DNA from: Klebsiella pneumoniae
GTDB taxonomy: Bacteria; Pseudomonadota; Gammaproteobacteria; Burkholderiales; UBA3065
Length of the DNA: 64,000 nucleotides
Assembly (NCBI GenBank): GCA_945897555.1
Contig: CAMDGF010000006.1
Coordinates: 19,526-83,525 of the forward strand
Reading direction: 5' to 3'
The notes beneath the pieces were generated by a model. It was not told where the DNA came from. It saw nothing but the letters and a program-made list of their open reading frames with translations, and did no database searches. Both the position numbers and the translations under genes were made by a program. This document shows, one piece after another, positions 43,822 to 51,493 of this stretch (position 1 is the stretch's first letter; every line of letters begins with the position of its first letter).

Positions 43822-45106
43822 TCTCCACCGTGCATGGCTGGCGATCGCCCTACCGGAGAGCGTCGATAAAGCCACCCGAACGGCCAACGACGCGCACGGG
43901 CTCGCCCTCTGGGCGATGCGCTACAGCCCCTTGGTCAGCCTTTGCCGCAACCTGCGTCTGGGTCGATACGGTGTCGTCGCCGAGGTGGCTGGCAGCACAC
44001 ATCTGTTTGGTGGTGTCGAACGCCTGCTCGCAGATGCACGATCCGGCATGGTCGAGCGTTCACCCGACGCGGTCTGCGCGGGCGCAACCACGGCTGCTGG
44101 CGCCTGGGCGCTCGCCTGCTGCGGCAGCGATGACGCTGGCTGGGCCGAGTTGGCCGACTGGCCTGGCCAGCTGGCAAAACTGCCGCTGAGCGTGCTCGAC
44201 ATGCCCGACCATGACCACGATCTGCTTGCCGGCATCGGTCTGCGCACGGTCGGCGATTGCATGGCCTTGCCACGCGGCGATCTTGAGCGGCGCTGCCGAT
44301 CACCCATCGCCACGCGGCTCGAACGTCTCGCTGGCATCGCCCCTGATCCACGTGAATGGTTTGCGCCACCTGCCCACTACAACCAGACGGCAGCGTTGTT
44401 GCACGAGACTTGGCACGCCGACGCCATCCTATTCACTGGCCGACGATTGCTGGCCGAGCTCGAAGGTTTGCTACGCGGTTCGGGGCGCGCCATCCAACGG
44501 CTACGGTTTGTCTTACAGCACGCCCCAGGTCAGCCCGAGACAAGCTTTGAACTGGCGCTCACCCGCCCGCTTCAGGATCTTGCACCCGTCGCCGGGCTGC
44601 TGCGCGAACGCCTGTCACGCCTGCGCTTGCCATCACCCGTGCGGGGTGTCCAGCTGATCGCGATCCCGCTGGACGCTTGGCAGCCGCAGAGCCCTGAACT
44701 ATGGCCGGGGCCCGCCGAGACAGCCCTGCAGCGCGACGCCCTGCTCGACCGACTGCGCGCCCGACTTGGCAGCGACGCTGTGCAAACGCTCGAGGCGACC
44801 GCCGATCATCGCCCGGAAGTGGCATGGAAGACTGACGCACCCGGCGGCAACAAGCCGCGGCGTCGCACCACAGCGATGCCGCCGTGTCGCGGCCTCAGGC
44901 CGCTCTGGCTGTTGCCACAGCCCGCGCCGCTGGCGGAGATCCCCGGCACCTGGGAAGAGGAGCGCGGCCCGGAACGCATCGAAGCAGGCTGGTGGGAATC
45001 GCCTGCAGCACGCGATTACTACGTGCTCCGCGACGCCAAGGGGCAGCGACTTTGGGCTTACCGCACCTCGTCAGGGCACTGGTTCGCGCACGGCTGGTTC
45101 GCCTGA
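43802..45106 (+). CDS. imuB: Y-family polymerase-like protein ImuB
   Basis: N-terminus ..WLAIALPE.., ALWAMRYSPLV, and C-terminus ..ERIEAGWWE..RDYYVLRD..GQRLWAYR. Start placed at the ATG at 43802, overlapping the imuA end. Confidence 0.8.
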   Translation: MSASPRDLHRAWLAIALPESVDKATRTANDAHGLALWAMRYSPLVSLCRNLRLGRYGVVAEVAGSTHLFGGVERLLADARSGMVERSPDAVCAGATTAAGAWALACCGSDDAGWAELADWPGQLAKLPLSVLDMPDHDHDLLAGIGLRTVGDCMALPRGDLERRCRSPIATRLERLAGIAPDPREWFAPPAHYNQTAALLHETWHADAILFTGRRLLAELEGLLRGSGRAIQRLRFVLQHAPGQPETSFELALTRPLQDLAPVAGLLRERLSRLRLPSPVRGVQLIAIPLDAWQPQSPELWPGPAETALQRDALLDRLRARLGSDAVQTLEATADHRPEVAWKTDAPGGNKPRRRTTAMPPCRGLRPLWLLPQPAPLAEIPGTWEEERGPERIEAGWWESPAARDYYVLRDAKGQRLWAYRTSSGHWFAHGWFA

Positions 45107-45114
45107 CCTAGCCC

Positions 45115-46470
45115 TCAGGCGGCAAGAGCCTGCAAAAGCTTGCCGTGGATGCCATCAAAGCCGCCGTTGCTCATCACCAGCACGGTGTCGCCCTCGCGCG
45201 CCTCGGCAGCGATGGCTGCAACGAGCGCGCCCAGATCGTCATCCACGACAAGGCGGTCGCCCAGCGGCGAGAGCGCGCCAGCCGCATCCCAGCCCAGTCC
45301 GCGGGTGTAGCAGAACACCGACTGCGCATCGCCGAGACTGCGGGCCAGGTCATCTTTCCAGACACCCTGCTTCATGGTGTTGGAGCGCGGCTCAAGCACC
45401 GCGAGCACCCGCCCTGACCCGACCCGCTCGCGCAACGCTGCCATGGTCTCGGCGATCGCTGTGGGGTGATGCGCAAAATCGTCAATCACCGTCACGCCGC
45501 GCACCGTGCCGCGATCCTCGAGGCGGCGCTTGACGTTGCGGAAGCGCGCCAGCGCGTCTACCGCTGTCTCCGGCGCCACCCCGGCATGGCGTGCGGCGGC
45601 AATGGCGGCTAGCGCGTTCATGCGGTTGTGCCCACCCAGGATGTCCCAGCGCAGCGCCGCGACGTCATGGCCAGCATGGCGAACCCTAAAGGCCGATCCA
45701 GCCTCGCCCGCGCCTGGCGCAACGCACAACCATCCGGCATCGACACCGAAGTGCTCCACCGGCGTCCAGCAACCCCTTTGCAATGTCGCCGTCAGATTGG
45801 CATCGGTGCCGTTGACCACCAGCAGCCCTTGCCCCGGAACCGTCCGTACCAGATGGTGGAACTGGGTCTGGATCGCCGCCAGGTCGGGAAATATGTCAGC
45901 GTGGTCGAATTCGAGGTTGTTGAGGATTGCCGTGCGTGGCCGGTAGTGGACGAACTTGCTGCGCTTGTCGAAGAACGCGGTGTCGTACTCATCGGCCTCG
46001 ATGACGAAGAAAGGGCTGTCGGTGAGCCGCGCCGATAAGCCAAAGTTCTCTGGCACACCGCCTATGAGGAAGCCGGGGTTCAAGCCGGCATCCTCCAGGA
46101 TCCAGGCGAGCATCGAGGTGGTGGTGGTCTTGCCGTGGGTGCCGGCGACGGCCAGCACCCATTTGTCGCGCAGCACCGCTTCGGCCAGCCACTGCGGACC
46201 CGACACATAGGGCAGGCCGCGGTCGAGAATGGCCTCCATCAGCGGATTGCCACGACTCACCACGTTGCCGATCACATACATGTCGGCCGGCGGCTCCAGC
46301 TGTGCCGGGTCCCAGCCTTGGGTGAGTGCGATGCCCAACTGCTCGAGCTGGGCACTCATTGGCGGGTAGACATTGGCGTCGCAGCCGGTGACGGTATGGC
46401 CCGCCTGCTTGGCGATAGCGGCGATGCCGCCCATGAAGGTGCCGCAGATGCCGAGGATGTGAATGTGCAT
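45115..46470 (-). CDS. mpl: UDP-N-acetylmuramate:L-alanyl-gamma-D-glutamyl-meso-DAP ligase
   Basis: MHIHILGICGTFMGGIAAIAKQAGHTVTGCD.., AGTHGKTTT. Confidence 0.9.
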   Translation of the reverse strand: MHIHILGICGTFMGGIAAIAKQAGHTVTGCDANVYPPMSAQLEQLGIALTQGWDPAQLEPPADMYVIGNVVSRGNPLMEAILDRGLPYVSGPQWLAEAVLRDKWVLAVAGTHGKTTTTSMLAWILEDAGLNPGFLIGGVPENFGLSARLTDSPFFVIEADEYDTAFFDKRSKFVHYRPRTAILNNLEFDHADIFPDLAAIQTQFHHLVRTVPGQGLLVVNGTDANLTATLQRGCWTPVEHFGVDAGWLCVAPGAGEAGSAFRVRHAGHDVAALRWDILGGHNRMNALAAIAAARHAGVAPETAVDALARFRNVKRRLEDRGTVRGVTVIDDFAHHPTAIAETMAALRERVGSGRVLAVLEPRSNTMKQGVWKDDLARSLGDAQSVFCYTRGLGWDAAGALSPLGDRLVVDDDLGALVAAIAAEAREGDTVLVMSNGGFDGIHGKLLQALAA

Positions 46471-46472
46471 GC

Positions 46473-46889
46473 TCAGGAGAACGGGTTATGCGTGGCCACG
46501 CCAGTGGCCGCGAAGTCTGCCGTATTCCGGGTGACAACGGTCAAGTCGTGCAGCGCCGCGATGGCGGCGATCTGCGCATCGACCGGGTGAGCCGGGTCAG
46601 CGGCCATAAACGCCCCCCAGGCCTCCGCGCACTCGCAATCAAAGTCGAGGGTACGGTTGGCATATCCGGTGACCAGTTGCCGTAGCCAGTCCTCAAGAAG
46701 CTGCGCCTGCGTCACATCGCCACGGCGACGGATGCGCTCCACGCCGCAGCGGATCTCGCCGATGACCTGCACCGGCATGTAGCAATCGAGCGGGTCGGCT
46801 GCGTCCAGAAAGGCCATTACCCCGGGATCGGCGCGCCCACGTTTGCGCGCCTCGCTCAGCACATTGGTGTCGAGCAGCCAACCACTCAC
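46473..46889 (-). CDS. vapC: PIN-domain toxin VapC (FitB-like)
   Basis: WLLDTNVLSE.., ..LTVVTRNTADF. Overlaps the antitoxin gene by 4 nt. Confidence 0.85.
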   Translation of the reverse strand: MSGWLLDTNVLSEARKRGRADPGVMAFLDAADPLDCYMPVQVIGEIRCGVERIRRRGDVTQAQLLEDWLRQLVTGYANRTLDFDCECAEAWGAFMAADPAHPVDAQIAAIAALHDLTVVTRNTADFAATGVATHNPFS

Positions 46890-47155
46890 GCGCGGCCGCC
46901 ACGAGCGGCAGCGGCCGGCACCCGCGCAAAGTCTTCGTCGAGACCGACGTCGGGGATGGTCAGTAAGAACTCGGTGAGAGAGAGCCGGCGGGGCCCTTGC
47001 AAGGCCTCGCGGAGGATCTCGCGGTGCTCAGCTTCGGCGCTGCGCCCATGATCGGCGGCGCGCTGCTTGAGGGCGCGAGCGAGGGATTCATCGATGTTGC
47101 GAACGATCAGGTTGGTGGCCACGATAGGGCTCCCGGGTGATAGCGTTGCAAGCAT
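46886..47155 (-). CDS. vapB: Ribbon-helix-helix antitoxin VapB (FitA-like)
   Basis: ..ATNLIVRNIDESLARALKQRAADHGRSAEAEHREILREAL. The ATG at 47155 is preceded by AAGGAGG with a 6-nt spacer. An alternative GTG lies at 47122. Confidence 0.75.
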   Translation of the reverse strand: MLATLSPGSPIVATNLIVRNIDESLARALKQRAADHGRSAEAEHREILREALQGPRRLSLTEFLLTIPDVGLDEDFARVPAAAARGGRA

Positions 47156-47189
47156 TGTGCGCCTCCTTTTGAGTGATTGCAACGCTATC
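47139..47189. promoter_or_regulatory. Perfect 13-bp inverted repeat bracketing the vapB SD and start codon
   Basis: GATAGCGTTGCAA (47139-47151) and TTGCAACGCTATC (47177-47189), 25 nt apart. Each arm contains the palindrome TTGCAA; the palindrome centres are 31 bp apart. Confidence 0.5.
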
Positions 47190-47200
47190 GCCTGGCGGCG

Positions 47201-47256
47201 GCGTGGCGTGGCGTGGCGTGGCGTGGCGTGGCGGGGCGGGGCGGGGCGGGGCGGGG
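47201..47256. repeat. Pentanucleotide microsatellite (GCGTG)6(GCGGG)5 with a G-quadruplex-type G-run array
   Basis: Read directly. The plus strand has five consecutive GGGG runs separated by single C residues. It lies between the PCuAC gene end and the vapB operator. Confidence 0.95.
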
Positions 47257-47415
47257 AACGAGCATGCCGCGCGACGCACGCATTGCGCATCGACCATCTG
47301 GCCGATGCGGCAGAGCGCACGCCGTAACCGAGATTCGCTAAGGCGCTGGGACGGCGCCGCGCTGGGACCCCGCCGGCCCCGCGCTGGAACCCACCGGACT
47401 CCGCGAAACTCCGGC

Positions 47416-47883
47416 TCAGTGCTTGTGCATATGCTCATGCCCCTCATGGCCAGCCGGCACCCGCGACTTGACCTTGAGCGTCGTCTTGACCACGCCAGCT
47501 TTGTCAAAGCGCAGCTCGAGCGGAACCGACTGACCCTCGGCCAGCGGTGCCTTGAGGCCGATGAGCATGAGGTGCATGCCGCCTGGCTCCAGCACCAACG
47601 AGCCTTTGGCCGGCACGTCGATGCCCTCGAGCTTGCGCATCTTCATCACGCCGCCATCCATAGTCATGGAATGAAGCTCCGCGCTCTGAGAGCACGTGCA
47701 GGAGACGCTGACCAGGCGATCGGCGGCGGCGCTGTTGGCGACCGTGACGAAGCCCGCCCCGACCGGCTGCGCGGTCGATGTGGCGTGGGCGTAGGCGTCG
47801 CGTATCTCGATCGGCCCGGCGAGCGCGGTGAGGGGTATGGCGAGAGCGATGGCTGCCACGACGAGCAAGCTTTGAGGGGGCAT
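47416..47883 (-). CDS. Periplasmic copper chaperone PCu(A)C (DUF461)
   Basis: Signal peptide, then H-x-M..M..H-x-M pattern (AELHSMTMDGGVMKMRKL..GGMHLML). His/Met-rich tail HEGHEHMHKH. Confidence 0.85.
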   Translation of the reverse strand: MPPQSLLVVAAIALAIPLTALAGPIEIRDAYAHATSTAQPVGAGFVTVANSAAADRLVSVSCTCSQSAELHSMTMDGGVMKMRKLEGIDVPAKGSLVLEPGGMHLMLIGLKAPLAEGQSVPLELRFDKAGVVKTTLKVKSRVPAGHEGHEHMHKH

Positions 47884-47931
47884 GCGGGACTCCTTGTGAA
47901 CGACCGTAGGGCTTTTGAGGGCCGGGATGTG

Positions 47932-48609
47932 TCAGTGCGCGTGGTGGTGATGGCCGTGGTGGGTGTCGCCTCCGGGGTTCTGACCCGCACCAGCATCACC
48001 ATGGGGCACGACGACATCTAGCGTCGCCGCTGGGAAGGCTGGCTTGGCCTCGCCCTCCGCGGCAATGCCGGCCCAGTCGTTGGCACCCGTCTCGCAAGTC
48101 TGCAGCACCCGGAAATGCAGCCGCCCGGGCTTGGCCAGGAACAGCAGCATGCCGAACTCGTCGTACTGCTCGTCGGGCAGCGGGCCGCCAGTCCAGGTGA
48201 CCCGGCGGATGCCCTCGGTCTTGGGCTTGCCGTGCACCATGGCCGGCTCGGCCAAGGGGCCCGTCTCGTAGGTCAGGGTCCAGCCCGGCTTGGGTTGCGG
48301 CCTGGCCACCGGGACGCCATCCGGAATGTCGACCTGCACAGAGACCGTGGCCGAGCCCGCGCAACCGTGGCCGACCATGAACTGCGCGCGGTAGTAGGTG
48401 CCGGCGGGTGCGGCTTTCTGGGCCAGTACCACGTGGGCCAGCGAGGTCGGGCTTTGCACGAGCGCCAGAATTGCACCGGCAGAGGCAAGGACGGTCGGCC
48501 ACCGCCAAGGGGACCGGATGGCTCTTCGGTGCGACCCGCTGGCCGTGGGCGCGTGGGGCGTGTCCGCGTAGGGCGCGTGTTGGGATTCGGTGATCTGCGA
48601 TCGGGACAT
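47932..48609 (-). CDS. YcnI-family (DUF1775) copper-binding protein
   Basis: The signal peptide ends ..SLA/HVVL. Motif FMVGHGCAGSATVSVQVDIPDGV. His-rich tail THHGHHHHAH. Confidence 0.8.
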   Translation of the reverse strand: MSRSQITESQHAPYADTPHAPTASGSHRRAIRSPWRWPTVLASAGAILALVQSPTSLAHVVLAQKAAPAGTYYRAQFMVGHGCAGSATVSVQVDIPDGVPVARPQPKPGWTLTYETGPLAEPAMVHGKPKTEGIRRVTWTGGPLPDEQYDEFGMLLFLAKPGRLHFRVLQTCETGANDWAGIAAEGEAKPAFPAATLDVVVPHGDAGAGQNPGGDTHHGHHHHAH

Positions 48610-48636
48610 GTCGTATCTCCTCGAAGAGGCTTTGTG

Positions 48637-50754
48637 TCAGGGCTTGGGCCGGTATTCGATGCCGGCGTAGACGGTAACGCCGTCGCCGGGCAGGAACTGG
48701 GCGTGCTGGGTGCCGGGCGGGCCGGGCGGCGGGATGCGCGCATCGCGCAGCACGCCGGTGGTCGCGATGTGATCGCGGTCGAGCAGGTTGCGGCCTTCGA
48801 CGAACCAGCCCCAGCCACTCGCAGGCCGCTGACCGATGCGCAGATTGAGCAAGGCATAGCCCGGCGCATCGAGGGTGTTGGCGTGGTCTACCCAGCTGCG
48901 CGTCGCTGCCTGAAGCGCCGGCGCGACGTACCAGCTGTCGGGGCCGTTCCAGCGCAGCTCGGTGATGCCAAAGGCCTTGGGCAGGCCTGCGATGCGGTTG
49001 TCGCCATAAGCCGTATCGCCATCGAAACGGAAGTCGTTGAGGGTGGCGATGGCCGACCAGGTCCATGGCCCGCGGCTCAACCGCAGGCCCGCCTCGATGC
49101 CCTGGTGGAGGGTCTGGTCAGCGTTCACGGTAGCCGCAGACGCCGGCTGGTTGGGCAGACCCACCGCCAGCAACTCGTTGCGAAGCTCGGCGCGGTAGGC
49201 GGCAAGGTCCCAACCGAGCTGGTGCGCGCCCAGATGCATGTGCCCGCGTGCACCGACCTCCAGCGTCTGGCCACGCTGCGCGCGGTTGGCGAGCAGGGTC
49301 GCGGCGGCACCGGCGCCCAGCACGTTGCTGCTCTCGGACAGGCTCGGCGGCTCAAAGCTGCCCGACCAGTTGGCGAACATTTCTGCATTCTCGTCGAGCA
49401 CGTAGCGCACGCCGAGACGCGGACTGACGCGGTCGAAGTCGAGGCGGATGCTGTCGTCGCATGGCGCTGCCATTGAATTCGGCGCATCGCATCGGAGACC
49501 CATCGCGACCTCAGTGCCAAAAAAATCCCTCCGCTGGCGACTCGACCGCGAGTAATGCCCCCCCGCGATCAGCGTCAGTGCATCGGTCGCCGACCAGTGG
49601 TTCTCGGCAAACACCCCGAGGTTGTCGGAATCGAGCGTCTGGTTACCGGTCTGGGCACCCCGACGTCCCCCCACGTTCACGAAGGCGAGGTCGTTCACGA
49701 ACCCACGGTTGGCAAGGGCTCCGACGACGATCCTGTTGGGGCGACCGAGCAGGTGGCCGTTGTGGCCGAGCCGCAGTTGCATGCCGTAGTCGGTCGAGTC
49801 CTGATCGATCACCTGAAAGATGGGATGAGAGAGCTGCTTGACGCTGCCATAGGTCACCCACTCAAGATCGCTCGTGCTGCTCATCTGCCAGGTGGTGCGA
49901 TTGGAGACGCGCCAGAGCTGGAAGTCGCGCTTCTGGTCGCCGGTGATGTTAGCCGGGTTGGCCTGCCGCGGGTCACGCCGGAACTGGGCGCGGGTCAGGC
50001 TGCCCGGCAACTCACTCTCGGTGTTGACTCCGGCAAAGAAGAACCGCGTCCGAACGCCACCGCCAAAGTCATGGCCAAGGTTGGCGAAGACGCGCTGCGT
50101 GTTCTGCTCGGCGTGGTCGCGATAGCCGCGCTGGAAGAACTGGCTGCCGCTGATGAAGGCATCAGTGTCGCCCCAGTTAAAGCCGATGCCGGCCGAGGCG
50201 CGCGAGTAGCCGTAGCTGCCGGCCTCGACCCGCGCGTGGATGCCGGGTGCGTCGCGGCCGCTCAGGCTGACGAAGTTGATCGCGCCGCCGAGCGTGGTGG
50301 CGCCGAAGGGGGTCGCGTTGGCGCCGCGGTAGACCTCGATGTAGCGGGTGGCGAGTGGCTCGACCGCCTGCATGTCGAAGCCGCCGTCGGCGAGGTTGAG
50401 CGGCACACCATCTTGGAGCAGCAACAGGCCGCGACCATGGAAGGTGCGTTGCAGGCCCGAGCCGCGGATCGAGATGCGCGCCTCCTCGGCGCCAAAGCGC
50501 GATTCGGCGAAGACGCCGGGACTGCCGCGCAGGGCATCGGCTAGAGTCGAGGTGCGGCCGTCGCGGATGCGCTCGGCGTCGATCACGTCGACCCCACCCG
50601 GCGTCTGCTGGATGCGCGCGCGGGCGGTCTCGATGTCCGGAAGCGTGGCGTCGATGCGCGGCGCGCTCACCGTGACGCGGTCAGCCATGTGTTCGGCCAT
50701 CGCCATTGGGGATGCCGCGCTCAAAAGCAGACAGGCGAGGCCTGTGAGCGGCAT
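48637..50754 (-). CDS. TonB-dependent outer-membrane receptor; copper-associated by context
   Basis: About 705 aa from the ATG at 50754. Signal MPLTGLACLLLSAASPMAMA, plug motifs (IRDGRTSTLADALRGSPGV, ISIRGSG) and a barrel ending ..YAGIEYRPKP. Confidence 0.85.
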   Translation of the reverse strand: MPLTGLACLLLSAASPMAMAEHMADRVTVSAPRIDATLPDIETARARIQQTPGGVDVIDAERIRDGRTSTLADALRGSPGVFAESRFGAEEARISIRGSGLQRTFHGRGLLLLQDGVPLNLADGGFDMQAVEPLATRYIEVYRGANATPFGATTLGGAINFVSLSGRDAPGIHARVEAGSYGYSRASAGIGFNWGDTDAFISGSQFFQRGYRDHAEQNTQRVFANLGHDFGGGVRTRFFFAGVNTESELPGSLTRAQFRRDPRQANPANITGDQKRDFQLWRVSNRTTWQMSSTSDLEWVTYGSVKQLSHPIFQVIDQDSTDYGMQLRLGHNGHLLGRPNRIVVGALANRGFVNDLAFVNVGGRRGAQTGNQTLDSDNLGVFAENHWSATDALTLIAGGHYSRSSRQRRDFFGTEVAMGLRCDAPNSMAAPCDDSIRLDFDRVSPRLGVRYVLDENAEMFANWSGSFEPPSLSESSNVLGAGAAATLLANRAQRGQTLEVGARGHMHLGAHQLGWDLAAYRAELRNELLAVGLPNQPASAATVNADQTLHQGIEAGLRLSRGPWTWSAIATLNDFRFDGDTAYGDNRIAGLPKAFGITELRWNGPDSWYVAPALQAATRSWVDHANTLDAPGYALLNLRIGQRPASGWGWFVEGRNLLDRDHIATTGVLRDARIPPPGPPGTQHAQFLPGDGVTVYAGIEYRPKP

Positions 50755-50984
50755 GGTCGACCGCCACGGGGTGGCGCGTTGCTGGCGGCAAGGACGTCGA
50801 TGGTCGACCGCGGGTTGAGAGACCGAGGGTCTCGATGATGCCGGGGGGCTATCGATGCCGGTCCACCGGCACTCGAGGGTGACCGGATTCTGCATGGGTC
50901 CTGACTCCTGTGGATGGCGCTCTCGGCGCCATCCGGTTGGGCAAAGCCGCACCGCTCACGCGCGGCAGCGGCGGCTCGAGGGCG

Positions 50985-51362
50985 TCAGGACAGGGGTGGT
51001 GCGCGCGGCGGATGGGCGCGCGGTGGGGCGCGGGCTGGTGGTGTCTCAGCCGGGCGCGCGCCAAGGTCGGCATGGACCGCCGGAAGGGGTATGTCTTGTG
51101 CGACCAGAGGCGGCAGACCGACCGACTGCTGCGCCAGCGTGCAAAGCTGGCAGTGGCTCATTGCGGCTTTCTGGCCACCGGTGTCGTCAGCTTTGTTGAC
51201 CGAGCAGATGATCGCGCCCGGCACGCCCGGATCGATGCGCGTCATCGCCTGCGCAGCGATCGGCGCGATGATCAGCGCGAGCCATGCGAGCAGCCCCAGG
51301 AGTGCACCGACCGCGGAGCGGCGGCGCGCCGAGAGACTCGCGGGCGCAGTTGTCGTGGACAT
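50985..51362 (-). CDS. DUF2946-family protein
   Basis: MSTTT..RRRSAVGALLGLLAWLALIIAPIAAQ, then Cys/His motif ..IICS..AAMSHCQLC. Sits in the usual position ahead of copper-type TonB receptors. Confidence 0.7.
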   Translation of the reverse strand: MSTTTAPASLSARRRSAVGALLGLLAWLALIIAPIAAQAMTRIDPGVPGAIICSVNKADDTGGQKAAMSHCQLCTLAQQSVGLPPLVAQDIPLPAVHADLGARPAETPPARAPPRAHPPRAPPLS

Positions 51363-51493
51363 GGTCTGAAGGTTAATTGCACCGGTGGCCGACGGCAAGC
51401 TGGGTCATCCCAACGCGCCGATGGCACGCTCCCCCAACGCTTGACCCAACGCCATGCCCGACGCAGGGACTCTATGGCGCAGACGGCGACTCT

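Noticed and set aside
42850-43887. A 345-aa minus-strand ORF antisense to lexA and imuA.
   Set aside because: It has no motifs and is antisense to two well-supported genes. It is a GC-driven artefact.
47201-47256. I considered whether the short direct repeats could be a degenerate CRISPR array or an IS end.
   Set aside because: The units are 5 nt with no spacers. There are no cas genes, transposase genes or terminal inverted repeats nearby. It is a simple microsatellite.
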